Shown one piece after another: positions 1-8,014 of a stretch of 43,127 nt of DNA (position 1 is its first letter; every line of letters starts with the position of its first letter). Under the pieces are notes generated by a model that ran no database searches, was not told where the DNA came from, and saw only the letters and a list, made by a program, of their open reading frames with translations. A program made the translations under genes and the position numbers. This DNA comes from a virus (lineage: Duplodnaviria; Heunggongvirae; Uroviricota; Caudoviricetes): IMG/VR virus record IMGVR_UViG_2529293240_000022. One strand, given 5' to 3'.

Positions 1-537
1 TCATGCGCATGTGCGTAACTCCGATAACTCGTTAAAGCGTTCCATAAACATCCCGTAGGCATGGCCTGGCGACAGTGGAATAACTTTGAACATCTCTGTG
101 GCAGAGATGCCTTCCAGTACTGGCCAGAAAGAGCCATCATCAAGCCCGAGATCGCGGCGTTCGGTTGCCAGCATGATGAGATCGGCATATTTCACGGGTG
201 TACTCATAACCGGGGGTAACCCGTATTTCTCACGGATTACTGTGTCTATTTTTTCTTCCATCCGTTTATAGTCAGGAAGAAAGCGTTTCAGTGGTGCGGG
301 GATGTCCTGGCAATACGCTTCTGTTGCATCATGCATTAACGCTTCAAAAGCAAATTCCTGCGGTACCAGCTGGCTGCAAAGCACCGCATGTTGGGCGACG
401 CTGTAGAAGTGTGAAAGATGACCGGCAAAGCGACAGATATTTGAAAGGGAAACCGCGATATCGTTAATATCGATGTCGTCTTTATTTATCCTGTCATAAT
501 AAAAATGCTTCCCGGAAAAAGTTTTAATAAATGACAT
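1..537 (-). CDS. yfdR: HD-domain phosphohydrolase, YfdR-like 5'-deoxynucleotidase (prophage early-left gene)
   Basis: ORF 1..564(-) translated; start taken at MSFIK; HD motif (LMHDATEAY); resembles K-12 CPS-53 YfdR from memory; stop codon at window edge. Confidence 0.7.
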   Translation of the reverse strand: MSFIKTFSGKHFYYDRINKDDIDINDIAVSLSNICRFAGHLSHFYSVAQHAVLCSQLVPQEFAFEALMHDATEAYCQDIPAPLKRFLPDYKRMEEKIDTVIREKYGLPPVMSTPVKYADLIMLATERRDLGLDDGSFWPVLEGISATEMFKVIPLSPGHAYGMFMERFNELSELRTCA

Positions 538-720
538 TTTGTTCTCCACGTATATGCGTTGCACTGTGCTGAATTCTGGTAAAAGGAAGCCCTCACCATC
601 TGGCGATTATTGGGTAAATTATGTTTACATAAATGCCCCCGCAGGGGCATTTGCAGTAATGAAATCAGGCGGTGAAAGTGAGGTGTACTGGCAATAGCGG
701 ACACTACCATTTGTTCTTTT

Positions 721-1539
721 TTAAGCAGCCATCTGATGATATTTTTCCCTGAAGGCTGCCGGGGAGATATTCCCCAGACGAGAGTGACGACGCTGACGAT
801 TGTAGAAAATCTCAATGTATTCCCGTATTACTGAGATGGCTTCATCCCGGTTATTAAAACGATAGTGGCTCAGGCTCTCATTTTTCAGCGTTCCCCAGAA
901 GCTTTCCATCGGAGCGTTGTCGTAACAGTTACCTTTACGCGACATTGATGTTTTCAGACCAAACTGCTCCTGTATGACCCGGTAATCGTATGCGCAGTAC
1001 TGTGAACCTCGATCAGAGTGGTGGATTAGCCCGGCAGGTGGGCGCTGGCTCCTGAGCGCCATAAACAGGGCTTTACCTGTCAGCTCTTTTGTCATGCGCT
1101 CTCCCATGGCGTAGCCGACAATTTCGCACGTATAAACATCTTTGATGCCAGCGAGGTACAACCATCCCTCCTGTGTGGCAACATACGTCAGGTCCGCCAC
1201 CCAGACCTGATTTGGTGCTGTAGGAGCGAACGTCTGGTTCAGCAGATTTGGCGCAACTGGCAGATTGTGGTTCGAGTTCGTAGTCGCTCTGAACTTGCGT
1301 TTCTGCTTACAGCGTAGCCTTAGCTCCTTACGAAGACGTGCCAGTCGGTCACGACCAACGATGATGCCATTCTCTGCCAGCTCCGTCTGGAGCCGCCGGG
1401 TTCCATATGTTTCGCGAGTGCGGATATGTGCCACCTTAATCTCCAGTTTTAGCCGCTCATTACTTTGTTTTCTGTCTGAGGGTTCATGCTGTACCCAGTT
1501 GTAATAACCGCTCCTGGATACACCAAATACCTGACACAT
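721..1539 (-). CDS. IS3-family transposase OrfB (DDE integrase core); probably made as an OrfAB fusion by -1 frameshift at 1620-1626
   Basis: 272-aa ORF with conserved integrase-core motifs (HSDRGSQY, CYDNAPMESF). Confidence 0.8.
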   Translation of the reverse strand: MCQVFGVSRSGYYNWVQHEPSDRKQSNERLKLEIKVAHIRTRETYGTRRLQTELAENGIIVGRDRLARLRKELRLRCKQKRKFRATTNSNHNLPVAPNLLNQTFAPTAPNQVWVADLTYVATQEGWLYLAGIKDVYTCEIVGYAMGERMTKELTGKALFMALRSQRPPAGLIHHSDRGSQYCAYDYRVIQEQFGLKTSMSRKGNCYDNAPMESFWGTLKNESLSHYRFNNRDEAISVIREYIEIFYNRQRRHSRLGNISPAAFREKYHQMAA

Positions 1540-1574
1540 CGCGTCAATGGGAAATTGTTGTCGCCATTGTTCGA

Positions 1575-1877
1575 TTAACGCGTATTTTTCAGCGACTCCT
1601 GTGCAAAATACGCTGTTGCTTTTTTTAATATATCTCGCTCAAGGCGAGCTTCATTTAACGCCTTACGCAGTTGCAGAATTTCAGATTCCAGTTCAGCCAC
1701 CGTGCGGGAACCAGGAGTACCGAGCCCTTTTCTGGCGGCGGTAACCCATTGTCCTAAAGTGCCTTCAGGAAGAGATAATCGGGAAGCGCCTTCACTGATC
1801 GAAAGTTGATTTTCAAGAACCGTTCTGACAGCCTCGGCTTTGAACTCTTTAGAGTAACGTTGGGTTTTTCTGCTCAT
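1575..1877 (-). CDS. IS3-family transposase OrfA (HTH), 100 aa
   Basis: translation MSRKTQRYSKEFKAEAV...; ends ...ILKKATAYFAQ... over an A7 run (plus 1620-1626) typical of the -1 frameshift site. Confidence 0.8.
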   Translation of the reverse strand: MSRKTQRYSKEFKAEAVRTVLENQLSISEGASRLSLPEGTLGQWVTAARKGLGTPGSRTVAELESEILQLRKALNEARLERDILKKATAYFAQESLKNTR

Positions 1878-1933
1878 TATTAGCTCCTTCTGATGCCATT
1901 CTATTTCAGGAAGGAGTGTCCGTTAAACTCAGG

Positions 1934-2755
1934 CTACCTCAAAGTACCAATAAAGGTTTCTACTTTGCTGTCTTTGAATTTCTCAACAAGCAGATCACGA
2001 AATTCGTTAGCCATTTCTTCCTGCACCGCTTCCAGCTGAATAATGCGCAGAACCAGTACAGGACGATCGCCAGTGATAATGCTGAGGCGTAATTTAAACG
2101 GACGTTCTTTCAGACCTTCAAACGGAACGCATTTAAATTCAAATGCCACTGGCATAATGTCTTTGGTCTTCGCTTCGACAGACTCCATCAGGGAGCGTTT
2201 GCCGCTGAAGTCATTATCTTCAAAATCAGCGGTCTGGTTCGCTTCAATTGTGATTTTACGGATCGCCGCAGCCGCTTTGGTTGCCTGAATGGCGTCACCA
2301 TTAGCATCAAAGCCCACAAGGTAGTCGGCCCAGTCTTCAATCCATTCTGCCAGTGATTTCTGGGAGTTACGCTCGCCGTTAACAGACAACAGGGCAGAGA
2401 ACGGTGCTGTCTTTTTCAGTTTGAGAGTGGCGGTGTTATCTGCGTGACCTGGTTCATCAATAGTACCCAGGTTAAGCACACTGACGGCACGCATATTATC
2501 AGCATCGATAAAGCAGCGGGTGCCTTCATCTGCAAGATCTTTAGAATAACGGGTAAAGTCATCGATGCTGGCAGTGGAAAGCGCACCACGGAAACGGAAG
2601 CGATTTAAATTAAATTTTTCCAGATCATGAATGCGGAAATTCTCAGGCAATGCCACAGCATCGGCACCAATCTTACTGATAATTTCATTAACACCCTGAG
2701 CAGAAATAAGGGCATGGATTTGATTAATTGCGGTTGCGTCTAAGTTCTGAGACAT
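1934..2755 (-). CDS. yfdQ: YfdQ-like prophage protein (DUF2303-type), 273 aa
   Basis: ORF translation; resembles CPS-53 YfdQ from memory; synteny with yfdP/yfdR. Confidence 0.6.
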   Translation of the reverse strand: MSQNLDATAINQIHALISAQGVNEIISKIGADAVALPENFRIHDLEKFNLNRFRFRGALSTASIDDFTRYSKDLADEGTRCFIDADNMRAVSVLNLGTIDEPGHADNTATLKLKKTAPFSALLSVNGERNSQKSLAEWIEDWADYLVGFDANGDAIQATKAAAAIRKITIEANQTADFEDNDFSGKRSLMESVEAKTKDIMPVAFEFKCVPFEGLKERPFKLRLSIITGDRPVLVLRIIQLEAVQEEMANEFRDLLVEKFKDSKVETFIGTLR

Positions 2756-2820
2756 AATAAGTCCTCACTATATTAAGATATTCAGTGATGAGATAAATAA
2801 TCAGTTAATTAAGAACGATA

Positions 2821-3183
2821 TTAATGACCTGCTGCGCGGAGTTTTCCGTCAGGTTCACCGGCAAGAGTCAGTAATTGTCCCTGGTCTTCCTGCAGAATAG
2901 TCAGGCGACCACCGCGATTGACATACATCGGCGTTTCGGTGGTGTCTTCTTCGGAAATTTTCCCGCGGTTAGTCGGACGAACATATGAGAGTTTGTGTTT
3001 TATTTTCACACGGTTCTCATCAAACGGTTCGATTTCCAGATTGAGCGAGACCTTCCCTTTGGTTTTCGTGTTCATCACACCTGAAGCGACTTCACTGAGA
3101 ACAGCGCCGATTTTGGTTTCAAATACGCCGCCGTCCAGCTCCCCGATAAATGCCTGCACATCAGTACTGCGTTCGCTAGCCAT
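2821..3183 (-). CDS. yfdP: YfdP-like small prophage protein, start taken at MASERS
   Basis: internal Met of ORF 2821..3414 preceded by GAGGAG ribosome-binding site; the upstream part of the ORF overlaps a long hairpin and is unlikely to be coding. Confidence 0.55.
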   Translation of the reverse strand: MASERSTDVQAFIGELDGGVFETKIGAVLSEVASGVMNTKTKGKVSLNLEIEPFDENRVKIKHKLSYVRPTNRGKISEEDTTETPMYVNRGGRLTILQEDQGQLLTLAGEPDGKLRAAGH

Positions 3184-3230
3184 TTTGCTGCTCCTCATCA
3201 TATCGACCCTGCAAGGTCGGTTGGTTTCTC

Positions 3231-3319
3231 CACAAAACAGAGAAGAACACCTGCGGTGGCAGCCGCCCGGGTGGATTGGGTTATGAGCCCGTCGTCCGGT
3301 GATGCTCTTCTCTGTTTTG
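3231..3319 (-). promoter_or_regulatory. Long hairpin: 15-bp perfect inverted repeat (ACAAAACAGAGAAGA / TCTTCTCTGTTTTGT) around a GC-rich 59-nt core, in the untranslated early-left leader
   Basis: read directly from sequence: arms at 3231-3245 and 3305-3319. Confidence 0.5.
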
Positions 3320-3791
3320 TAAAAAGAGCGGTACCAGCCGGAAGCAAGTGTACAAACTGGTACCGCCAAAGCAGTGGCTGTTGTGGTGGGCTTGTCACTT
3401 AAGCGTATGGTCAACCTGACAACCCGGTGTCCTCAACGGGGAAGGAATAACCCCGCCATACTTACCGCCGCGCCATTTCGCGGATTACCACAACGCTGAG
3501 AGCACTTAGCCAGTTACGGCACCATACTTTGTCGCGGTTCCATAAATGCCCTCATCGTTGCACCCTGGTCTCTTCCCAGGCGTCAAACCGAATCGCCACG
3601 CTGGTTAGGCGTCTTATCAGCATCATCATTGACTTGCACATTCCGGCTACCTGGTTTGTTTGCCCGAGCAAGGAGTGGATTGTCCCCTTTAACGTCCCCA
3701 GACCGCTAACGACGCATGTGCCATACGCCGTGTTACAACCAAATTTTGTTAGTACCTTGTTTGTTGGTCTGGAAAGAAAGATAAAATGAAG

Positions 3792-3830
3792 TTGCGCATT
3801 ATGCAAGTATTTTTGTTGCGAGATATGCAA
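3792..3830 (-). promoter_or_regulatory. OL-like operator pair overlapping a putative leftward early promoter (pL)
   Basis: two 15-bp sites TTGCGCATTATGCAA (3792-3806) and TTGCGAGATATGCAA (3816-3830); on the minus strand a -35 TTGCAT / -10 TATCTT pair overlaps them. Confidence 0.5.
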
Positions 3831-3840
3831 TTTGATGGGT

Positions 3841-3865
3841 AATGAAAAGCCACCTTCGGGTGGCT
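3841..3865 (-). terminator. Rho-independent terminator downstream of the cI-like gene
   Basis: stem AGCCACC, loop CGAA, stem GGTGGCT followed by TTTCATT on the minus strand. Confidence 0.6.
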
Positions 3866-3885
3866 AATTGATGAGGAGGTAAGGG

Positions 3886-4578
3886 TTAATTGTGTCGCTT
3901 AAGGGTTTGTGACTGGCTGATTAAGACCTTTCCAAAGACCATAAACCGGTGTTCATTTTCGCTGGTAATTCCCCATTCACGATAAATCTGGTTATCAGAA
4001 ATCACCAGTAGTTTGTCAGGTATCATTTGCAGTCGTTTGACATAAATTTTATCATCAAAACCAAATACATAGATACCATCTCCATCAAACTGATTGATAC
4101 TGACATCAACGAAGATGAGATCTCCTGGCTCAATGGTTGGACACATACTGTCCCCACGAACGTTGATAACTTTAATGTGATTTGCTGGCCGTCCGCCAAA
4201 CATCGATACAGCATTATCAGTTCTGTATTCAATGGCATGAATCACATCAATGACATCACCGCCCTGGATAAGGCCATTTCCCGCACTGGCACTGACATCC
4301 AGCATTTCAATACGGAATACATCCTTCACCTGCGCAACATCCTCACTAATACTGTTTTTACATACAGTATTACTTTTGAAGTCTGAGGTAAAGAGATCAG
4401 CAATATCAACACCTAAGCTCCTGGCAATATTACTCAGGGCTTGTTCAGTGAATTGTTTCTGCTTACCTGTTTCCAGGCGTGAGATATTCGCCGCATCCAC
4501 TCCTATTGCTTCAGCGAGATCGGCGATTTTCATGTTCTTCGCCTGGCGAAGTTGTCTGACTCGGTTTCCTATGTTCAT
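3886..4578 (-). CDS. cI: CI-like prophage repressor: N-terminal HTH plus C-terminal S24 (LexA-type) autopeptidase domain
   Basis: 230-aa translation with HTH near the N-terminus, GDSM serine motif and VKRL lysine; divergent from the cro-like gene. Confidence 0.85.
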   Translation of the reverse strand: MNIGNRVRQLRQAKNMKIADLAEAIGVDAANISRLETGKQKQFTEQALSNIARSLGVDIADLFTSDFKSNTVCKNSISEDVAQVKDVFRIEMLDVSASAGNGLIQGGDVIDVIHAIEYRTDNAVSMFGGRPANHIKVINVRGDSMCPTIEPGDLIFVDVSINQFDGDGIYVFGFDDKIYVKRLQMIPDKLLVISDNQIYREWGITSENEHRFMVFGKVLISQSQTLKRHN

Positions 4579-4598
4579 GCGTTTATTACATTTCTTTA

Positions 4599-4662
4599 TT
4601 GCGCGTTAAGCAAATCAACTTGCGCAAAATATTTGCGTGAAATAATATGCCCATCACGCAAT
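4599..4662. promoter_or_regulatory. OR-like operator/promoter region between divergent cI and cro
   Basis: one full operator TTGCGCGTTAAGCAA (4599-4613) plus further TTGCG half-sites; putative pR -35 TTGCGC (4620-4625), 17-bp spacer, -10 TAATAT (4643-4648). Confidence 0.5.
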
Positions 4663-4675
4663 ATGTGGAGGTTAT

Positions 4676-4936
4676 ATGCAATCACCATTACGGAATGTGC
4701 GTAAGGCGCACGGATTTACTTTGCAGCATGTTGCTGCTGGCGTTCAGGTCAATCCAGCGACGCTGAGTCGTATTGAAAGACTGGAACAAATTCCATCTAT
4801 CGATCTTGCAGAACGTCTGGCCAATTTTTTTAAGGGTGAAATCAGCGAAATGCAGATTCTTTATCCGGCACGTTTTCAATCTAGCCAAAACCAGAATGGG
4901 TTTAAACCACAGGAACAGGAGGTAAGCCGTGGGTAA
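4676..4936 (+). CDS. cro: Cro-like HTH regulator, 86 aa
   Basis: XRE-type HTH pattern; position immediately right of the operator region; GGAGG ribosome-binding site. Confidence 0.6.
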   Translation: MQSPLRNVRKAHGFTLQHVAAGVQVNPATLSRIERLEQIPSIDLAERLANFFKGEISEMQILYPARFQSSQNQNGFKPQEQEVSRG

Positions 4937-5480
4937 TCATCACTGGAAAGTGGAAAAACAGCCTGAGTGGTACGTGAAAGCTGTCAGAAAAACTATCGCG
5001 GCGTTGCCGGGGGGTTACGCTGAAGCTGCTGAGTGGCTGGATGTAACAGAGAACGCTTTATTCAACCGCCTTCGTGCAGATGGCGATCAGATTTTCCCGC
5101 TGGGATGGGCAATGATTTTACAGCGTGCTGCTGGCACTCACTACATTGCGGATGCTGTCGCACAGTCTGCTGGTGGGGTGTTCGTATCGCTTCCTGAAAT
5201 TGAGGAAGTAGAGAACGCCGATATAAACCAGCGCCTGCTGGAAGTCATCGAACAGATCGGGAATTACTCAAAGCAGATTCGTTCGGCAATCGAAGATGGG
5301 GTCGTGGAGCCACACGAGCAGACAGCAATTAATGATGAGTTGTATCTGTCAATTTCGAAGCTCCAGGAGCATGCAGCACTGGTCTACAAAATCTTCTGCG
5401 CTCCAGAAAAGAGTGACGCCCGCGAGTGTGCAGCTCCGGGCGTCGTGGCGTTTTGTGTCTGTGGAGAAACTAACGCATGA
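4929..5480 (+). CDS. CII-like / YdaT-like regulatory protein (assignment uncertain), GTG start
   Basis: position directly after cro with 8-nt overlap; AGGAGG site 7 nt upstream of GTG; family call from memory only. Confidence 0.4.
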   Translation: MGNHHWKVEKQPEWYVKAVRKTIAALPGGYAEAAEWLDVTENALFNRLRADGDQIFPLGWAMILQRAAGTHYIADAVAQSAGGVFVSLPEIEEVENADINQRLLEVIEQIGNYSKQIRSAIEDGVVEPHEQTAINDELYLSISKLQEHAALVYKIFCAPEKSDARECAAPGVVAFCVCGETNA

Positions 5481-6628
5481 ACAGTTTAACGGCAAATAAC
5501 CGTTTGTCGCAACAGCTGGTGGTCAGTGTCGCTGAACACCTGTTGTTACGGCATGAATGCAGATTACCAGATCACCTGGCTGTAAGTAACCACAGAGAAC
5601 TTTACCTGACTGTGGGGGGCGAGTTGTGCAGGAACTTAACCGCTGGTTTCGTGACGGAAGAGGGCTTTATGTCCATGTTATTCGTTGGGAGCCAGAAACA
5701 CAGCGCGTTATCTATCTTCGCAAAGACTACCAGCATGAGTGCTTTAGTCCTTTGTGGAAATTCAGGCGTGATTTTGTTGAGTGTGAAGGACCACCAGCAC
5801 ATTGATTCTGCCATTCCGGGACGTTACACTGTTCAGGCACCTTATAAAGCGGGTGCCGGGATTGGCGTCCTGAAATTGATTACTGAGCATAACCGCGCTC
5901 ATGCGGTTTTTTCGTGTCATGAGCATTGCTACGCCCAAATTATGGTGGGGCGTACAGGGCCGACTTCGGTCGGGCCGGGTTCGGTAGTCTCCGGTAACGC
6001 CAACCCTGTACGTCTCACCACCTCTGTGATTGGCGTCCCATGTGGTGAGTTTTCTAAAAAACTGACTACCGGGGCTGTCACTATGACTACTCTCCCAACC
6101 CTCACTCAACCTGAAATTGCCATCGTTGATGGTCAGGCTGTTACTTCATCCCTGGCTGTTGCCAACTTCTTCTCCAAACGTCATGACGATGTACTGAAAA
6201 AGATCCGCACGCTTGAATGCTCCGCATCATTCACTGCCCGCAATTTTTCGGTGAGTGATTACACCGATTGCACAGGCCGCAAACTACCTTGCTATCAAAT
6301 CACCCGCGATGGCTTTGCGTTCCTTGCTATGGGCTTCACTGGTAAACGTGCTGCCCGGTTCAAAGAGGCATACATAAATGCCTTTAACCAGATGGAAAAA
6401 CTGCTTTCAAAGCCATCCACGCTGAGCGATGCCGCAGATAACGCCAGCGTGCTTTACTCCCACCTGTCGGTAATCCACAAGGTCTGGCTGCAGCAGCTTT
6501 ATCCCATGTTGGCAAAAGCCGAATCTCCGCTGGCTGTTAGCTTGTATGACTATATTAATGATGCTTCGGCGCTGGCCTGCCTCATAAATTTGTCGCTGAA
6601 TCCTTCAGAGGTAAGGGGGCGTAAATGA
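5477..6628 (+). CDS. Rha-family phage regulatory protein, copy 1, with unique 105-aa N-terminal extension
   Basis: Rha-type core (KRHDDVL...LPCYQITRDGFAFLAMGFTGKRA...FKEAYINAFNQME); ATGA overlap with upstream gene. Confidence 0.6.
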   Translation: MNSLTANNRLSQQLVVSVAEHLLLRHECRLPDHLAVSNHRELYLTVGGELCRNLTAGFVTEEGFMSMLFVGSQKHSALSIFAKTTSMSALVLCGNSGVILLSVKDHQHIDSAIPGRYTVQAPYKAGAGIGVLKLITEHNRAHAVFSCHEHCYAQIMVGRTGPTSVGPGSVVSGNANPVRLTTSVIGVPCGEFSKKLTTGAVTMTTLPTLTQPEIAIVDGQAVTSSLAVANFFSKRHDDVLKKIRTLECSASFTARNFSVSDYTDCTGRKLPCYQITRDGFAFLAMGFTGKRAARFKEAYINAFNQMEKLLSKPSTLSDAADNASVLYSHLSVIHKVWLQQLYPMLAKAESPLAVSLYDYINDASALACLINLSLNPSEVRGRK

Positions 6629-7527
6629 TCCGGAATATTTTCAAACTGTTTACCAATCGCCACCAGCACATTGATTCTGCCATTCCGGGACGTTACACTG
6701 TTCAGGCACCTTATAAAGCGGGTGCCGGGCGTGGAAACCCGAAATTCAATATAGAGCACAACCGCGCTCATGCGGTTTTTTCGTGTCATGAGCATCGTTA
6801 CGCCCAAATTATGGTGGGGCGTGCAGGGCCAACTTCGGTTGGGCCGGGTTCTATGTTGACCGGTATTTCCACCCCTGTACGTCTCACCACCTATATGGTC
6901 GTGGAAAGCCTTGGTGGTGAGTTCATTGAATTCAACATAGGGGCTGTCACCATGACTACTCTCCCAACCCAATCTCACCCTGAAATCACGATTATCAATG
7001 GTCGCGTTGTCACCACATCTCTTGCAGTAGCTAATTACTTTACTAAACGGCATGAGCGGGTTTTAGATAGAATTAGAAACCTCGAATGTTCCGCTGAATT
7101 TACTGAACACAATTTTGTGTTAAGTGAATACACCGACGCATCAGGCCGCAAACTCCCTTGTTACCAAATCACCCGCGACGGTTTTGCGTTTCTTGCCATG
7201 GGCTTCACGGGTAAACGTGCTGCCCAGTTCAAAGAGGCATACATCAATGCCTTTAACCAGATGGAGAAACAGCTTTCAAATCCCTCTGTACTGAGCGACG
7301 TTGCACATAACGCCAGCGTTCTCTATTCCTACATTTCATCAATTCATCAGGTCTGGCTGCAGCAGCTTTATCCTATGTTGGCAAAAGCCGAATCTCCGCT
7401 GGCTGTTAGCTTGTATGACTATATTAATGATGCTTCGGCACTGGCCTGCCTCATAAATTTGTCGCTGAACCCTTCAGAGGTAAGGGGGCGTAAATGATCC
7501 GGAATATTTTCAAACGGTTTACCAATC
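5792..7527 (+). repeat. Tandem direct duplication, two units of about 866 bp (5792-6657 and 6662-7527), mosaic identity
   Basis: first ~70 nt and last ~140 nt of the units are near-identical while the interior is substantially diverged, with an in-frame 3-nt indel; the 36-nt junction ATGATCCGGAATATTTTCAAAC... occurs at 6625 and 7494. Confidence 0.8.
6625..7497 (+). CDS. Rha-family phage regulatory protein, copy 2 (alternative internal start at 6952)
   Basis: paralogue of copy 1 with identical 5' and 3' ends and a diverged core; ATGA overlap. Confidence 0.65.
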   Translation: MIRNIFKLFTNRHQHIDSAIPGRYTVQAPYKAGAGRGNPKFNIEHNRAHAVFSCHEHRYAQIMVGRAGPTSVGPGSMLTGISTPVRLTTYMVVESLGGEFIEFNIGAVTMTTLPTQSHPEITIINGRVVTTSLAVANYFTKRHERVLDRIRNLECSAEFTEHNFVLSEYTDASGRKLPCYQITRDGFAFLAMGFTGKRAAQFKEAYINAFNQMEKQLSNPSVLSDVAHNASVLYSYISSIHQVWLQQLYPMLAKAESPLAVSLYDYINDASALACLINLSLNPSEVRGRK

Positions 7528-7718
7528 AGACTTTCCGTTGTCCTCGTCCGGGTCAGTGGTACACCACACCTGCAGGGCATGTTCTACGTGTTAGCCTGGT
7601 TGACCGTGAATGTCAGAAGGTGATTTGTGAACCGCTGGGCCGTAATTACCGCGTCAGTATGCCGCTTATAGCCTTTTGCTCCGGAAAAATGTTTAAGCGT
7701 CTGGGAGGTGTGGCGTGA
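7494..7718 (+). CDS. Hypothetical small protein (74 aa) starting in the repeat junction
   Basis: ORF only; first 12 codons shared with Rha copy 2; GTGA overlap with next gene. Confidence 0.35.
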   Translation: MIRNIFKRFTNQTFRCPRPGQWYTTPAGHVLRVSLVDRECQKVICEPLGRNYRVSMPLIAFCSGKMFKRLGGVA

Positions 7719-8014
7719 ACTGTTTTCAGTTTGTGTGCGGATGTGCTTTCGATAACCCGATTCAGCGCCTGATTATGTTGCGTGTTTTGATGTCGGGTTC
7801 TTCAGACGGTGAAGGCGAGAGAGTTATTGATCATCAGGTGCTTGCTGATTTCTGCTGTTGTTCTAAGCAAGCGATATTCAGGGAAACCCTGGCACTGGAA
7901 AGAGCTGGTTATCTTCATATCCGAAAAATTGCAACGCTTACTATTGATGCAAAAGCCAGACTACAACCTGCGCGTGGCTACACAATTCTCATGCTGCGGA
8001 AGGAGGTTGTATGA
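7715..8014 (+). CDS. Putative replication-associated winged-helix protein (99 aa), GTG start
   Basis: GGGAGG site; wHTH-like pattern; ATGA coupling to the next gene. Confidence 0.4.
   Translation: MNCFQFVCGCAFDNPIQRLIMLRVLMSGSSDGEGERVIDHQVLADFCCCSKQAIFRETLALERAGYLHIRKIATLTIDAKARLQPARGYTILMLRKEVV

Larger units (their letters stand above)
679..1931 (-). mobile_element. IS3-family insertion sequence (IS600-like, ~1.25 kb) inserted between yfdQ and yfdR
   Basis: orfA+orfB pair typical of IS3 family; imperfect terminal inverted repeats beginning TGAG...CGGACACT at 679-708 and (reverse complement) 1912-1931; boundaries approximate, no target duplication confirmed. Confidence 0.65.

Noticed and set aside
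3198-3398. 66-aa minus-strand ORF upstream of yfdP
   Set aside because: GTG-initiated and spans the long perfect hairpin, so more likely structured RNA than coding.
3552-3830. 92-aa minus-strand ORF that might be an N-like antiterminator
   Set aside because: It starts with TTG inside the operator/promoter sequence, has no arginine-rich motif or ribosome-binding site, and its only ATG-initiated portion is 29 aa.
5762-7053. Two paralogous minus-strand ORFs (115 and 167 aa) inside the Rha genes
   Set aside because: Their similarity to each other follows from the DNA duplication itself; both are antisense to genes with clear Rha-family features.
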